Under the pieces are notes generated by a model. It saw only the letters and a program-made list of their open reading frames with translations, had not been told where the DNA came from and searched no databases. Below, one piece after another: positions 35,250 to 45,732 of a DNA stretch of 56,282 bases; positions within the stretch are counted from its first letter, which is position 1, and each line of letters starts with the position of its first letter. This DNA is from Seison nebaliae (Eukaryota), in the NCBI GenBank assembly GCA_023231475.1, contig JALJEE010000381.1:1-56282 (forward strand), in the 5' to 3' direction. A program made the position numbers and the translations under genes.

Positions 35250-36380
35250 ATGAATATTTTGAAGAAAGAATGGAAGAAATTTAATGAGAAGCGTGATATT
35301 GTGAAAAAAGAGGAGAAATTGGTGAAAGAAGATGAATGTTTCCAGATAACTGAGAACGACATTAATTTGAGTTGTAACATTCATATTGATGAAGTTCGCG
35401 CATTTGTTGATGATGTGGAAAGGAAATTGGGTGCTCGAATAACTATCGATTATCGTTCCTTATTGAGATCGGAACGAACACCCGATTTTCAAGATATGGA
35501 TAACAATCAACCGTTTCAACTCAATTTCAAATCATCGGCAATGAAAACGGGTGATTGGTGTGACGGTTGGAATCATAAGAGGAAATTACAAGAATTCATG
35601 ATAAAGAACAACATACTTCAACCAACCGTTATTGAAGACATGAATAATCCGGAGAATTTAAAAGCATTTGATGACAGACAAACATTTCACGAACAAGAAA
35701 AAGGACCAATGTCGAGTACGAGAATGTCGAGTACGAGAATGTCTGGTCGAATCGAACCGAAAGGAATGACAATGGATAAAGGTGAGACGATATGTCATGA
35801 ATTATTGCAGACAACTGAAACGCCAATGATTAATAAACATCAGGGAAGTATTGACAAGATCGTTAAAGATTCGGAGAGTGCAGATACGAAAGGATGGAAA
35901 GATAAGAGATTGATTGGGGAAATCTGTTTCCAACTCGATCGTCGAATACTCCAATATATTTTCGGTCAACGAGAACGATGGGATAAGAAGAATAATGTAA
36001 AAACGGTCAATTGTCAACCATTATATGGTTATTCGACCAAATGTCTCTTGTACTATATTGGACAACATTCGATTAATATAGAAACAGGATTTTTTGATGA
36101 TAATCTATATATGGAGAACTATTATCGATATTGTTATTTGTTTAGATCGTTAATCGAACTGAAATATGACGAGAGTATTCATCCTCAATTCTGTCATGAT
36201 CTCATTAATGAGTATAATGTACTTCCCAAATATTTGGCAGATCCACAACAATCATTAGCAGAATTACGAGCAGTTCTCGCTTCTCTTTGTCGACCGGAAG
36301 ATAAGAAGAATATTTTAGTCGTGTTCGATTGTCTCCTGTTCATGTCATTGGAAGATAAGGAACGTTTATTTCTATATTAA
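35250..36380 (+). CDS. SPATC1L: Speriolin-like protein (Speriolin C-terminal domain), intronless
   Basis: RLIGEICFQLDRRILQYIF...LYGY...YDESIHPQFCHDLINEYNVL...LVVFDCLLFMSLEDKERLF matches the speriolin C-terminal signature. First ATG is at 35250. Confidence 0.82.
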   Translation: MNILKKEWKKFNEKRDIVKKEEKLVKEDECFQITENDINLSCNIHIDEVRAFVDDVERKLGARITIDYRSLLRSERTPDFQDMDNNQPFQLNFKSSAMKTGDWCDGWNHKRKLQEFMIKNNILQPTVIEDMNNPENLKAFDDRQTFHEQEKGPMSSTRMSSTRMSGRIEPKGMTMDKGETICHELLQTTETPMINKHQGSIDKIVKDSESADTKGWKDKRLIGEICFQLDRRILQYIFGQRERWDKKNNVKTVNCQPLYGYSTKCLLYYIGQHSINIETGFFDDNLYMENYYRYCYLFRSLIELKYDESIHPQFCHDLINEYNVLPKYLADPQQSLAELRAVLASLCRPEDKKNILVVFDCLLFMSLEDKERLFLY

Positions 36381-37439
36381 TCCTTTTCTATCGTATTATA
36401 TTCATCAACCACATTCAATAAATTCAAATTAAATAATTGATACATGTTACATGGAATTAATCCGTTAATTTCAGCGATATATCTCAACTTCGTACGATAA
36501 GTTTCTAAATTTTTCATGAATTTTGGAACTTCGATTTTGTCTCGTTGTATTTTAAATCTTAATCTACGTGCATCACTTACTGATATTTTACCACTCATCA
36601 AGAGAGTGAAATCGATTTTATCGATATTCCTCAAAATATCGACGGCACCATCGAAATAGGCGTGAATGGGAATCTTGTTCAATTTCGAATTTCTTAAACA
36701 TCGCTGACACATTTTCACACCTTCCGCCTGATTAGCTATATATGGCTGAATTAATTCGAGTACATAACTCATCGTATGTTGGTGCATGAGATAAGCGACG
36801 TCTAAAATTGAAAGAATTATGATGGAAAATGATGGAAATGTTGAACAATATGACAATGCAGTTCGAAAGAGAAGTGGTACATTAGCATTGATGATTCCAT
36901 TGATGGTAGCTAATCCTTCTTCAGTTCGTCGTATCTGATAGTCGACGAGAGGACTCAAACCAAAATTCTTTCGAGCATTATGCCAGAGTTGTTTATGGTC
37001 GTTGGTGAATCGACAATAATGTGTTCCGATCTCATGGTCGGAAAGACAGAGAATGCCCAACTCTCTCAAATACGATTGATTTGATTCAGAATCTTCATTT
37101 ATTATTAAATTTATCTTCTTCTTCTTATAAGCTTTCGTACTGTGTTTCCTAGTCAACAATCGTGCGCTAATGATTAATTGGAGAAGTTGTTAACGGATTT
37201 GTTATGGGTAGAGTTTAGGAAGGAAAGAACTTGCAACTGAGATCGGTAGTGAATTCTAAGAGAATGTCGGAGATGCCACATAATCGAATGTATTCTTGAA
37301 CTAAGTCGTTGGCTTGAGCCACTTCGATCGGTTTTCCATAACATAACGCATGAAATTCCTCAATATTGTTAAAGGAATTCTTTACCATATCAAGTATATG
37401 TCTAGCTTCACATACCAACGGAAATTTTATGCGAGTCAT
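36377..37439 (-). CDS. MATCAP1: MATCAP/KIAA0895-family (DUF1704) tubulin tyrosine carboxypeptidase-like metallopeptidase, 3 exons
   Basis: HEIGTH (HExxxH), TEEGLA, LFRTALSY|YVA, YFDGAVDILR..IDFTLLMSGKIS, VPKFM. Introns at about 37167-37230 and 36802-36846. The paralog number is uncertain. Confidence 0.85.
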
Positions 37440-37732
37440 GTTAAAGAAACGAAAAGGAAAGTAACTTCAATTTCAATTTTCTCCTAGTTATTTACAATTT
37501 CTCATTTTCATTTGGCAATTAATCAGAAACTAATATTATCGATTATTCATCGTTGTTTTATTATTAAATAAATAATCAAAATTAAATTTCCAATCGTTTC
37601 GACGTGAAAGAATGAATTTCCAACACTTGAACGACGACGTCAATGAGCCGTGACTCGTATCTTCTCTCGTTTTCCATATAAATCTCGTGAAAGTTTTTCA
37701 CTAAAACTTCTTTCTAAATTATCGTTGTCAAC

Positions 37733-38556
37733 ATGTCATCCCGTCCAAAGTATCGTCTACATTACTTCGATATTCGCGGTCGAGGGGAAATCATTCGATT
37801 GATATTCAATTTTGCCAGTTTCGTTCTCTTTCTAAATCATCTTCTTTCTATCATCAATCTGATATAGATGAACCGTTCGAAGATCATCGAATCGATTTCA
37901 AGAAAGAATGGACGAAAATGAAACCGACAACGCCGATGGGTCAAGTTCCTGTTTTGGAGGATATATCAAATTTGGATGAAACGAAAAATAAGCGAATTAG
38001 TACAATTGTGCAAAACTCAACTGATTCCACTAAAGTCAAATGTCAAAGTTTAGCCATCGCCCGATATCTTGCCAAAAAATTCAATTTAGCTGGTCAAGAT
38101 GATATGGAACAATATCAATGTGATGCGGTTACTCAAACGGCATCCGATTTATTTATTCGAGGTTCACTTCCATTTTTTATTTTTTGAGATAAATTATTTC
38201 CATTAATTCCAGGCCAAGCTTATGGGGTTTTTCCTCAAGTCGCACTACAAAAAGAATCGACAGAATTACGTCAAATTCTCGAAATGTTCAAATCGGATGA
38301 AATTCGGAAAACGATGAAATTATTAGATAAGTTTTTCAAGGAAAATCAACAGCAATACGAAGGTAGTCCCTTTATTGTGGGGAATCAAATGACGTATGCC
38401 GATCTGTATGTCTTCTACACTCTAACCACAATTAAAGCAATCGCTCCCGAGTATGTTGATAAATATTCGAACACTTTAGGACAACATTATAAGATGGTGA
38501 AAAATCATCCGAAATTGAAGGATTACATAAAAAATCAGAAATCATCGATAATGTAG
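37733..38556 (+). CDS. Sigma-class glutathione S-transferase, 3 exons
   Basis: YRLHYFDIRGRGEIIRLIF, FEDHRI, TPMGQVPVLE, QSLAIARYLAKKFNLAG, VGNQMTYADL. Introns 37818-37867 and 38162-38212. Confidence 0.93.
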
Positions 38557-38675
38557 AAAACAGATGAATAATATTTAACTAATCGACATATTTGCTCACT
38601 TTTAATTGATATTCAAATTTATAAAATTTCAATAAATTCTACAAAATTTTTTGGCTTATTCCACTTCCCGTTACC

Positions 38676-40592
38676 ATGACAACGAATTTAGATAACTATC
38701 AAAATACATATGCTGACTCTCAAATAATTGCTGGTGTATCGATCAATGATAGGACGACGCAGACGGATGAAATCGAATTTCCGATTATTAAAAATATCAA
38801 TGATGAATATAATCAAATTACATCGGTTCGTTTCAGAATCCCTTCCGATTTCCATAGTTTCTTCTTCAGTTGACAAAGAAATTACATAAACAAATCAAAA
38901 ATGATTATGAAGTGATTAATTTGAAGTTTGAGAAGGATTTAACTGATGCCAGAGATATGATGTTTCTTTTCATTTTATCTGAACTAAGAATTAAATTTTT
39001 AATAAAAAAAAAAGATATGAAGAATTCAAAGACAAATTACAACATAGAAAGTCGGAAGAAGAAAAGGTTAGAGTGTTGTCGAACAAGAAATTGAAATTAT
39101 TGAAAAGAAATTTCGATTGTTGCAAAAAGCCTATCAACATCAACTGAACAATGAACTTGCCATGTTGCACAGTGAATATGAGAAGAAGATTGCTAATCTG
39201 ATTGTGGAGAATGCCAATTCATTGGAGAATAACCGCGATGATTACAAAATAAAATATTTTTCTCTCTTGACTAAAATGGAAGAGGTGGAGGTGGAGAAGA
39301 AACACGAGAAAAGGAAGATTGATGAAATGAAGATTAAATTACAAGTTCATATTGACTTCTTTTTCAACCAATTTATTTTATGGAATTGCGAGATAGAAAG
39401 AAGCGAAGGAGGCGCTCGAATCGATGACTGAAGAATTAGTAGAGAAAGAAGAGACATTGAAAAAGAAAGATGATCAGATTGATGAATTGTACAGGAAAAT
39501 TCGGAAGATCAATAAAGTGATGTTGGATTTAAGTTAGCAAAATGATATTTAATTTCATTCTTGAAAATTATTCATTTCAGATGATAAATATGAAGAGGAA
39601 ATGAATAATCGGAATACGATCGATGAAAAGATGAAGAAACTGGAAGAAGAAAAATCAGAATTAATAAATAAATTGAATAATTTCGATAAAGTTATCAAAG
39701 AGAGTAGTAGTGATCAAGTGAAATTGACGAAGGGTTTACGTGACAAAATAGAAAAGGTTAAACACCTTTATTGGAAAAAGTGTGAAATTTTTATTTTGTA
39801 GTTGGAAGAAGAAGTGGGAGAACTTCAAAGAAAAGAAGAGGATCATAAAGGAATGATAAGAATTTTGAAGAATAAATTGAAAACACGATCAACTTCTCAA
39901 ATGTCGATGAATACGTTGAATGAGAAGGCTCGATCATCCACCGACGATTACGGCACCACAGCTGCATCTTCATTGAATTATCATTCGAAAGTCGAAATTG
40001 TTGAAAATACAAAAATTCCTGTTTCGGAGGACAAACTTGCGGAAAATAGACACAATTTGGAGACACAACCGGAAATCGCAGAAAAGCCTGAGGAGGAAAT
40101 TAAAAAAAATGTTCAATCGATGAACGTTAAAGAAGAAAAAGAAAAAAATAAAAATGATCCGAAAGAAAATTCTCAAAATAAAAAACAACAATTTGAAGAA
40201 CCAAATTCCAGAGTAGAAAAGAATAAAGAGAAAATTGCAGAACGGGATTTGGCAACTAAAACAAAAATGAAAGATCAACGTATGATAGCGTCAGCATCTA
40301 CCAGACGAACGACATCATCCAAATCTTCCGGGTCAGGAAATTTGACATTGAAAATCGAATTATTGGAAGAGCAATTAAAAGAGCTGGAAAGAAAGTTGAC
40401 CGAATCCACCACCATCAATTCAATTCTATCAAGAAAGAATGAGATTCTGATAAATATGTTAGAGTTTTAATAGAATTCTTTCCTAATTAACTGAATTTCA
40501 GAACGAAAAAGTTGAAGGAAGAAATGTATGAACGTCATCATATTCTTAATAATTTTCATGAATACAGTACACCAATACAACCGAAATTATAA
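38676..40592 (+). CDS. Coiled-coil protein, possibly DUF4709/C10orf67-like, about 8 exons
   Basis: DRTTQTDEIEFPIIK and LLQKAYQHQL recall DUF4709; long E/K heptads. Seven phase-compatible introns (e.g. 38826-38869, 38962-39014, 39067-39107, 39345-39396). Confidence 0.6.
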
Positions 40593-40634
40593 AGGGAAAT
40601 AAATTAAAATTTTTCTCAAATACTTTTCCCAATT

Positions 40635-42071
40635 TCAACCAATAAATGCGAATTTTGCTATTTTCAACACTGATGTCGTTACAGCAGCTACCGTTACAGT
40701 ACTGATGACGGTTTTCGCTGCAATTAATGCATATTTCTGAGCAAGTTGATATTTCTGATTGGTTGGACTGAGATTAGACGGGATCGGATGATTCCTCAAC
40801 ATTGAGAGAACAGTAATCGATTTGGGTAGTCGATCCTCGACGATTTTCTTAACAAATTCTCGATCGCTTTTTGTAATCTCTTTAATTTTATACAATTCCT
40901 GATCGATGGAATCGTTGACGAGTTTAAGAAATTCTTCCCGTCCACCTAATTTACTCAACATCTCGTGAATTGGATTCCTCTCACTTGAATTACCACCATT
41001 CAATTTTTTCGTTAGTTGAACAACTTTTCTTTTACAAACATCGATTGCCACTTGATGTGGACAATGTTCACTCTTCTTACAAATCGATAAGAGTCGATTA
41101 ATAGTATATTTGATTGCATTGGAATTCCGTTCCGTTAAGACGATGTTCGACGACGAGTAGAATACTTCGCCAATAATTCTTAAGAAACTTCGAATGGCAT
41201 TTTTTATTTGAATCATATTCTTTGTCTCAGTAATACCGGCAGATAATGGATCGTCACTTAACATAGTCTCATTTAATGCAAATTGAATATACGACATTAC
41301 ATTATAATATTTAATGTAATCGATACTCGTAAAATTTTCAGGAAGAACTTCTCGATTCATCACTCTCATTCGCCATAAAGCTAAATCTAACATATGTTTC
41401 GTTTTCTCGATGGGACCGCTAAGAATGAATTGTTTAATATCCACTTTACTATCACGAACATGATAATTGAAATCGTTATACGATTTGATCTCTCCTAACC
41501 AACGGGCGATCTCTAAAGCGAATTCGACGAGTGTCGGTATGGAACAGTATCGATTCACCAAATAGAATGAATGACTTAACATCCCACGGAATTTCAAAGC
41601 AATTCTCGGAATATTATAATATTGTGCAGTATATTTATTACGAAAATTATTATGTGCTAATTCTAATGCCACTTTGGAAGCCAAAGGGAATAATCTGGTA
41701 GTGACGATCGTATAAAAGAAGTTGAGTAAAATTTCCATTTGGCGATTAGAACATTCGTAACCACTCTCGATGACTAGTGGATGTATCTCCACTTCATTCT
41801 GCTCAATATGTTTCACTTCTTCCACCGTCATATTCTTCCAAATATCTTCACAGACATTATCCAACTGTTTAATACATTGTTCGACTTGTCGTCTTATATT
41901 CTGTTCGGCGAACGATATGGTAATATCGAAACTACTTTCATTTCGCTTCATCTCTAACTTATCCTCATTTCTATTTTTCTCATTGTAAGTGGTCTTATGT
42001 TTCGTTTTGAAAATGGCCAAACCCACAAACATTAGGAGAAGTAACGACTTAAAAAGATAGTGGAAATTCAT
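40635..42071 (-). CDS. Orphan 478-aa protein with N-terminal signal/anchor, intronless
   Basis: Long ORF in AT-rich DNA; hydrophobic N-terminus LFKSLLLLMFVGLAIF; hydrophobic C-terminus; no recognised motif. Confidence 0.7.
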   Translation of the reverse strand: MNFHYLFKSLLLLMFVGLAIFKTKHKTTYNEKNRNEDKLEMKRNESSFDITISFAEQNIRRQVEQCIKQLDNVCEDIWKNMTVEEVKHIEQNEVEIHPLVIESGYECSNRQMEILLNFFYTIVTTRLFPLASKVALELAHNNFRNKYTAQYYNIPRIALKFRGMLSHSFYLVNRYCSIPTLVEFALEIARWLGEIKSYNDFNYHVRDSKVDIKQFILSGPIEKTKHMLDLALWRMRVMNREVLPENFTSIDYIKYYNVMSYIQFALNETMLSDDPLSAGITETKNMIQIKNAIRSFLRIIGEVFYSSSNIVLTERNSNAIKYTINRLLSICKKSEHCPHQVAIDVCKRKVVQLTKKLNGGNSSERNPIHEMLSKLGGREEFLKLVNDSIDQELYKIKEITKSDREFVKKIVEDRLPKSITVLSMLRNHPIPSNLSPTNQKYQLAQKYALIAAKTVISTVTVAAVTTSVLKIAKFAFIG

Positions 42072-42750
42072 TGAAATAAGAAAAAAAATTTGTTTTCGCG
42101 GAGAAATAAAAAATAAAAAATTTTTGAAGAAAACTCAAAATGAAAATTTTTTGTTTTTGGAACAAATGGACGATTGAATTTTTGTTCGTTTTAAACTTAT
42201 GATCATTATTTTCCGTGATTTATAATTTAACGCACAATGTTTCACAATTTACCATCAGATACAAACTTATTAATGTTTACAAAGTGATTCAAACTCATCA
42301 AATGAAAATTAATTAAAAATTTTAATTGTGAATAAATAGTGATGAATTGCAATTAAGTTCAATTTCAGTGTAGAGAGTTTTAATTAAAAAAGTAAATTGA
42401 TTGTAATATTAAAAAAAGAAAATACTGTTTCTAATTTAAGAAATCTCAATGAGAATCGAATGAAATCGACGACTAACCGACTGGTGATTGGAGTGGGAGG
42501 AGAAGAGATAAGAATTTAACGAGGGAACAAAAGTGACTTCTTCCAAACTTATCTCATTATAATCTCATTAATTGTATTGAATGACATAATGAAGGATGAT
42601 AGTAGGAGATGATAAATTGAGTGAAAGTTTGTTATTTGAGGAAAAGTAGAAATTGTCCATGAATGACGTCATGTTTAGTTGAATTGTAGCTGGTAACTAT
42701 TTGATAAAATGATATAATTTAGTTTAATTCTTCGAAACTAAAGAGAAATT

Positions 42751-44141
42751 ATGGGGAAAAATCGTCGTTTGGCACGACGACTACCACCAATTGATGATTC
42801 ATGTGATGACGAAGTAGCTGATATTCTGAAAAAGGATCGACCCAAATCATATCTCGATATGAAAACTAAAGATTCATATAATATGAATTTATATCGTACT
42901 GCCGAACCGTATCCAGAGAATGATTCCAAACAAATTGTTCTTCATTCGAAAAGTCAGAATCGACATCAATCGCTAGTTCTTCCATCAACTTACAATGTTT
43001 GGTCGAACGACCAATTCCAACAACTGTTGGACGATACAGGAAATAATTTAAGAAATTTATCCAATCTTCAAAACATTCAACAACGCAATTTCATCAAACA
43101 ACAACAACTCATTCTGTCAGCCACCGAATTTCATCAGAGTGATTATCATGATCGTTTGGTGAAGGATATCGAACCGAAATCCAAACCAATCATACAACCG
43201 ATGGATAGTCGTACCGTTGTTACTCTGGAGGAATTGGATAATCGTAAACGGATTCAAGTTGAACTGGCCGACCTAAATCGCTTCGGGAATTTCCTTCCAT
43301 CAGACAACATATCGAATGACGGAATTCAGGAATTTGATGATTCTAGTGACATCTCTACTTCTTATCGGAAAGCTGGAAAACGATTTCCCGCCAGCGATAA
43401 CACAGATAAAACAGATGAATTTAATCGTGTCCATAATCTAATTGGACATCATGATGATGGAGATGTCAAATCCGTTACCACTAAAGCGTCCGACATAGAT
43501 GTCAAAAATACGGACGATGGTGAAGTTATTCCACCACCACCCGTAATACAAGTGCCAGAAGAAAACGGTGACAATGAACGATTAAATGATGCTGTTAGTC
43601 GTCACACCGATAATGATGAATCAATTCATGATAATGTTGAGGGAGATGATGATGGAATTTCACTCCATTCAACAATTCCATCAATACCAGAAAGTTTTTT
43701 TCATTGAATTTTTCAAAATTTTTTATTTAAAATTAATTTTTTTTATTAGATGAACGAAGCGAAGAACCTAATAAAGACTTAGATGATGAACAGGAACCGA
43801 AACCATCAGGTGAAAATGATATAATTAACGAAGAATTGAATAAAAATGATGATGAGACAGATCCGAAGACATTACATGACGACTTGAACGATCACAAAAT
43901 CATCTCTTCAGATGACGAAGGATATTCCGATGATGATTCTTATTATAACAATGGTCTCAAAGACAAGGTGGAAGAGGAGGAAGAAGAGAAACCAACTGGA
44001 ATCAAACGATTTTTACCGAGATTTGGTAGGAAGAAGAAAGTGGCTAAAGAGGAACCGAAAGAAGAACCGATGCCCGGAGAGAAACCAGAAGGAAATGCTT
44101 TCACCAGATTCTTCAGACGCTTCCGACGAAAGAAAGATTAG
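42751..44141 (+). CDS. Orphan acidic, disordered protein with basic C-terminus, 2 exons
   Basis: ORFs 42751..43707 and 43836..44141 are joined by a phase-1 intron at about 43694-43749; ends FTRFFRRFRRKKD. Confidence 0.7.
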
Positions 44142-45732
44142 AAGCAAATTAAAATGGAAACAACAAGAAATTTTAATAAAATAATTCTCTTAAATTTCAA
44201 AAGCAAAAATCTTTTATAGGAAAATAATGAAGTTCTCTAATTGAAGTTTAGATGATTTCCATGTAAATTATTTTCCTTAACTTTTTCCTTCGTTTATTAT
44301 GAAAATTATCTTTCAACATTTTAATTTTATTTTGAAGAATTGATTCATTTATCTCCCTCTTCTCTCTCTTTCAACATTTTTTTTTCCTAATTAAACTTAT
44401 GAAGAACATTGAACATAAAAAGAAAAGAATTGAAAATTTGAGAAAGTAGGATATCTACTACAATTAGAATTGTTAATTATGAAATTATTTTGAATTAAAT
44501 CGAATAGTTTGTTATGAAATTAAATTAAAGTATTTAAAGTTAATTACTTGAAAGATTTAATGAAAGGAATTGATTGTGACATTTTTTTTGAGAAGGAAAA
44601 AGTTTCATGAAAATCATTTGACGAATTAATCAGTCGATCCATCAAATATTGATATATGTCAATAATTTTTATTAATAGGAAAGTTCAATATGTTGGCAAT
44701 TTGGAATGCAGACGGAATTGGCGAGTGGACAGGATGGAGGGAGGAGATGAAAGAATAACAAGAAATTTAATTAATAAATGGAGTAGGGAGGGAGTGGGAG
44801 GTTTTGGGTGGAGGAAATGGAGAGAAGAGAAAAACAATAGAACAATATTTTTTATTAGAATTGATACGAGAATTATTATTGTAAGAGAATTGTACAATTA
44901 AGCAATTTATCACAATTATCAATTCCATCTGGAATATGTGGAACACTCGAATCGTGCACATAGCGAGCTTAGCATTTGATAGAGAAGCTGCCATATAATT
45001 ACAGTGGTTTGCGCTGTCAGATTTGTAACATTGGATACTGATGAAGTATCGATTTTGCATATTTCCTCCTCGTTCAATTTTCGTGCTTACCACCAAACAT
45101 AGACCGGATAGGAATATAAGCGAAATATGTGGTAGAGGTAAAAGGGAACGACAACTATTAAGTTAAATTAGGAAAGTAAGGAGTATGAAGGCACATCGCG
45201 AATAAGGAAGACAAGCTAGGAAACCGACAGAAAACTGAATAGATGACTTTTCTGTTGTGCAAACTATAAGTAATAAAAGAAGAAAAAGAAAAAAGAACAT
45301 GAAAATGAATTCGATCAGATATTTCTCTCTTATCATTTCTCTCTCTACTCGTCGTCCGACCACATTCTACTGATATCGGGGTGGCAGACGACGAAATAAT
45401 AGCACGACAATAAAGAAGAATAAGCAAAAGAAATTATGTCGGTAATAGATGTAGTCAGCAAGTAAAATAAGTAAGTAAGTAAGTAATCATGAAAATCATA
45501 AGAATAATCGAAGAAGAAATAGAAGAAGAATAAACGATAAAACATAAATCAAACAACTTCAATTTGTACATTTCTACCAACGTATGATGTCGATGTATGT
45601 ACATAACATTTGTCAATCTCACTAATTTTCTCATGGAAAAATCATTTCAAACTCATCTCCGTTCACTTATCATCATGATTATCAGATCAATAGCATATTA
45701 GTGAGCACGTATTTGGAAAACATGATTGTGTC

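Noticed and set aside
35709..35744. 15-nt tandem duplication (MSSTR MSSTR MS) in the speriolin-like gene
   Set aside because: Ordinary in-frame slippage in a disordered linker.
39051..39073. 23-nt GTC..AG micro-intron as an alternative frame fix
   Set aside because: Far below the local intron size range; the 41-nt intron 39067-39107 fits size and donor pattern better.
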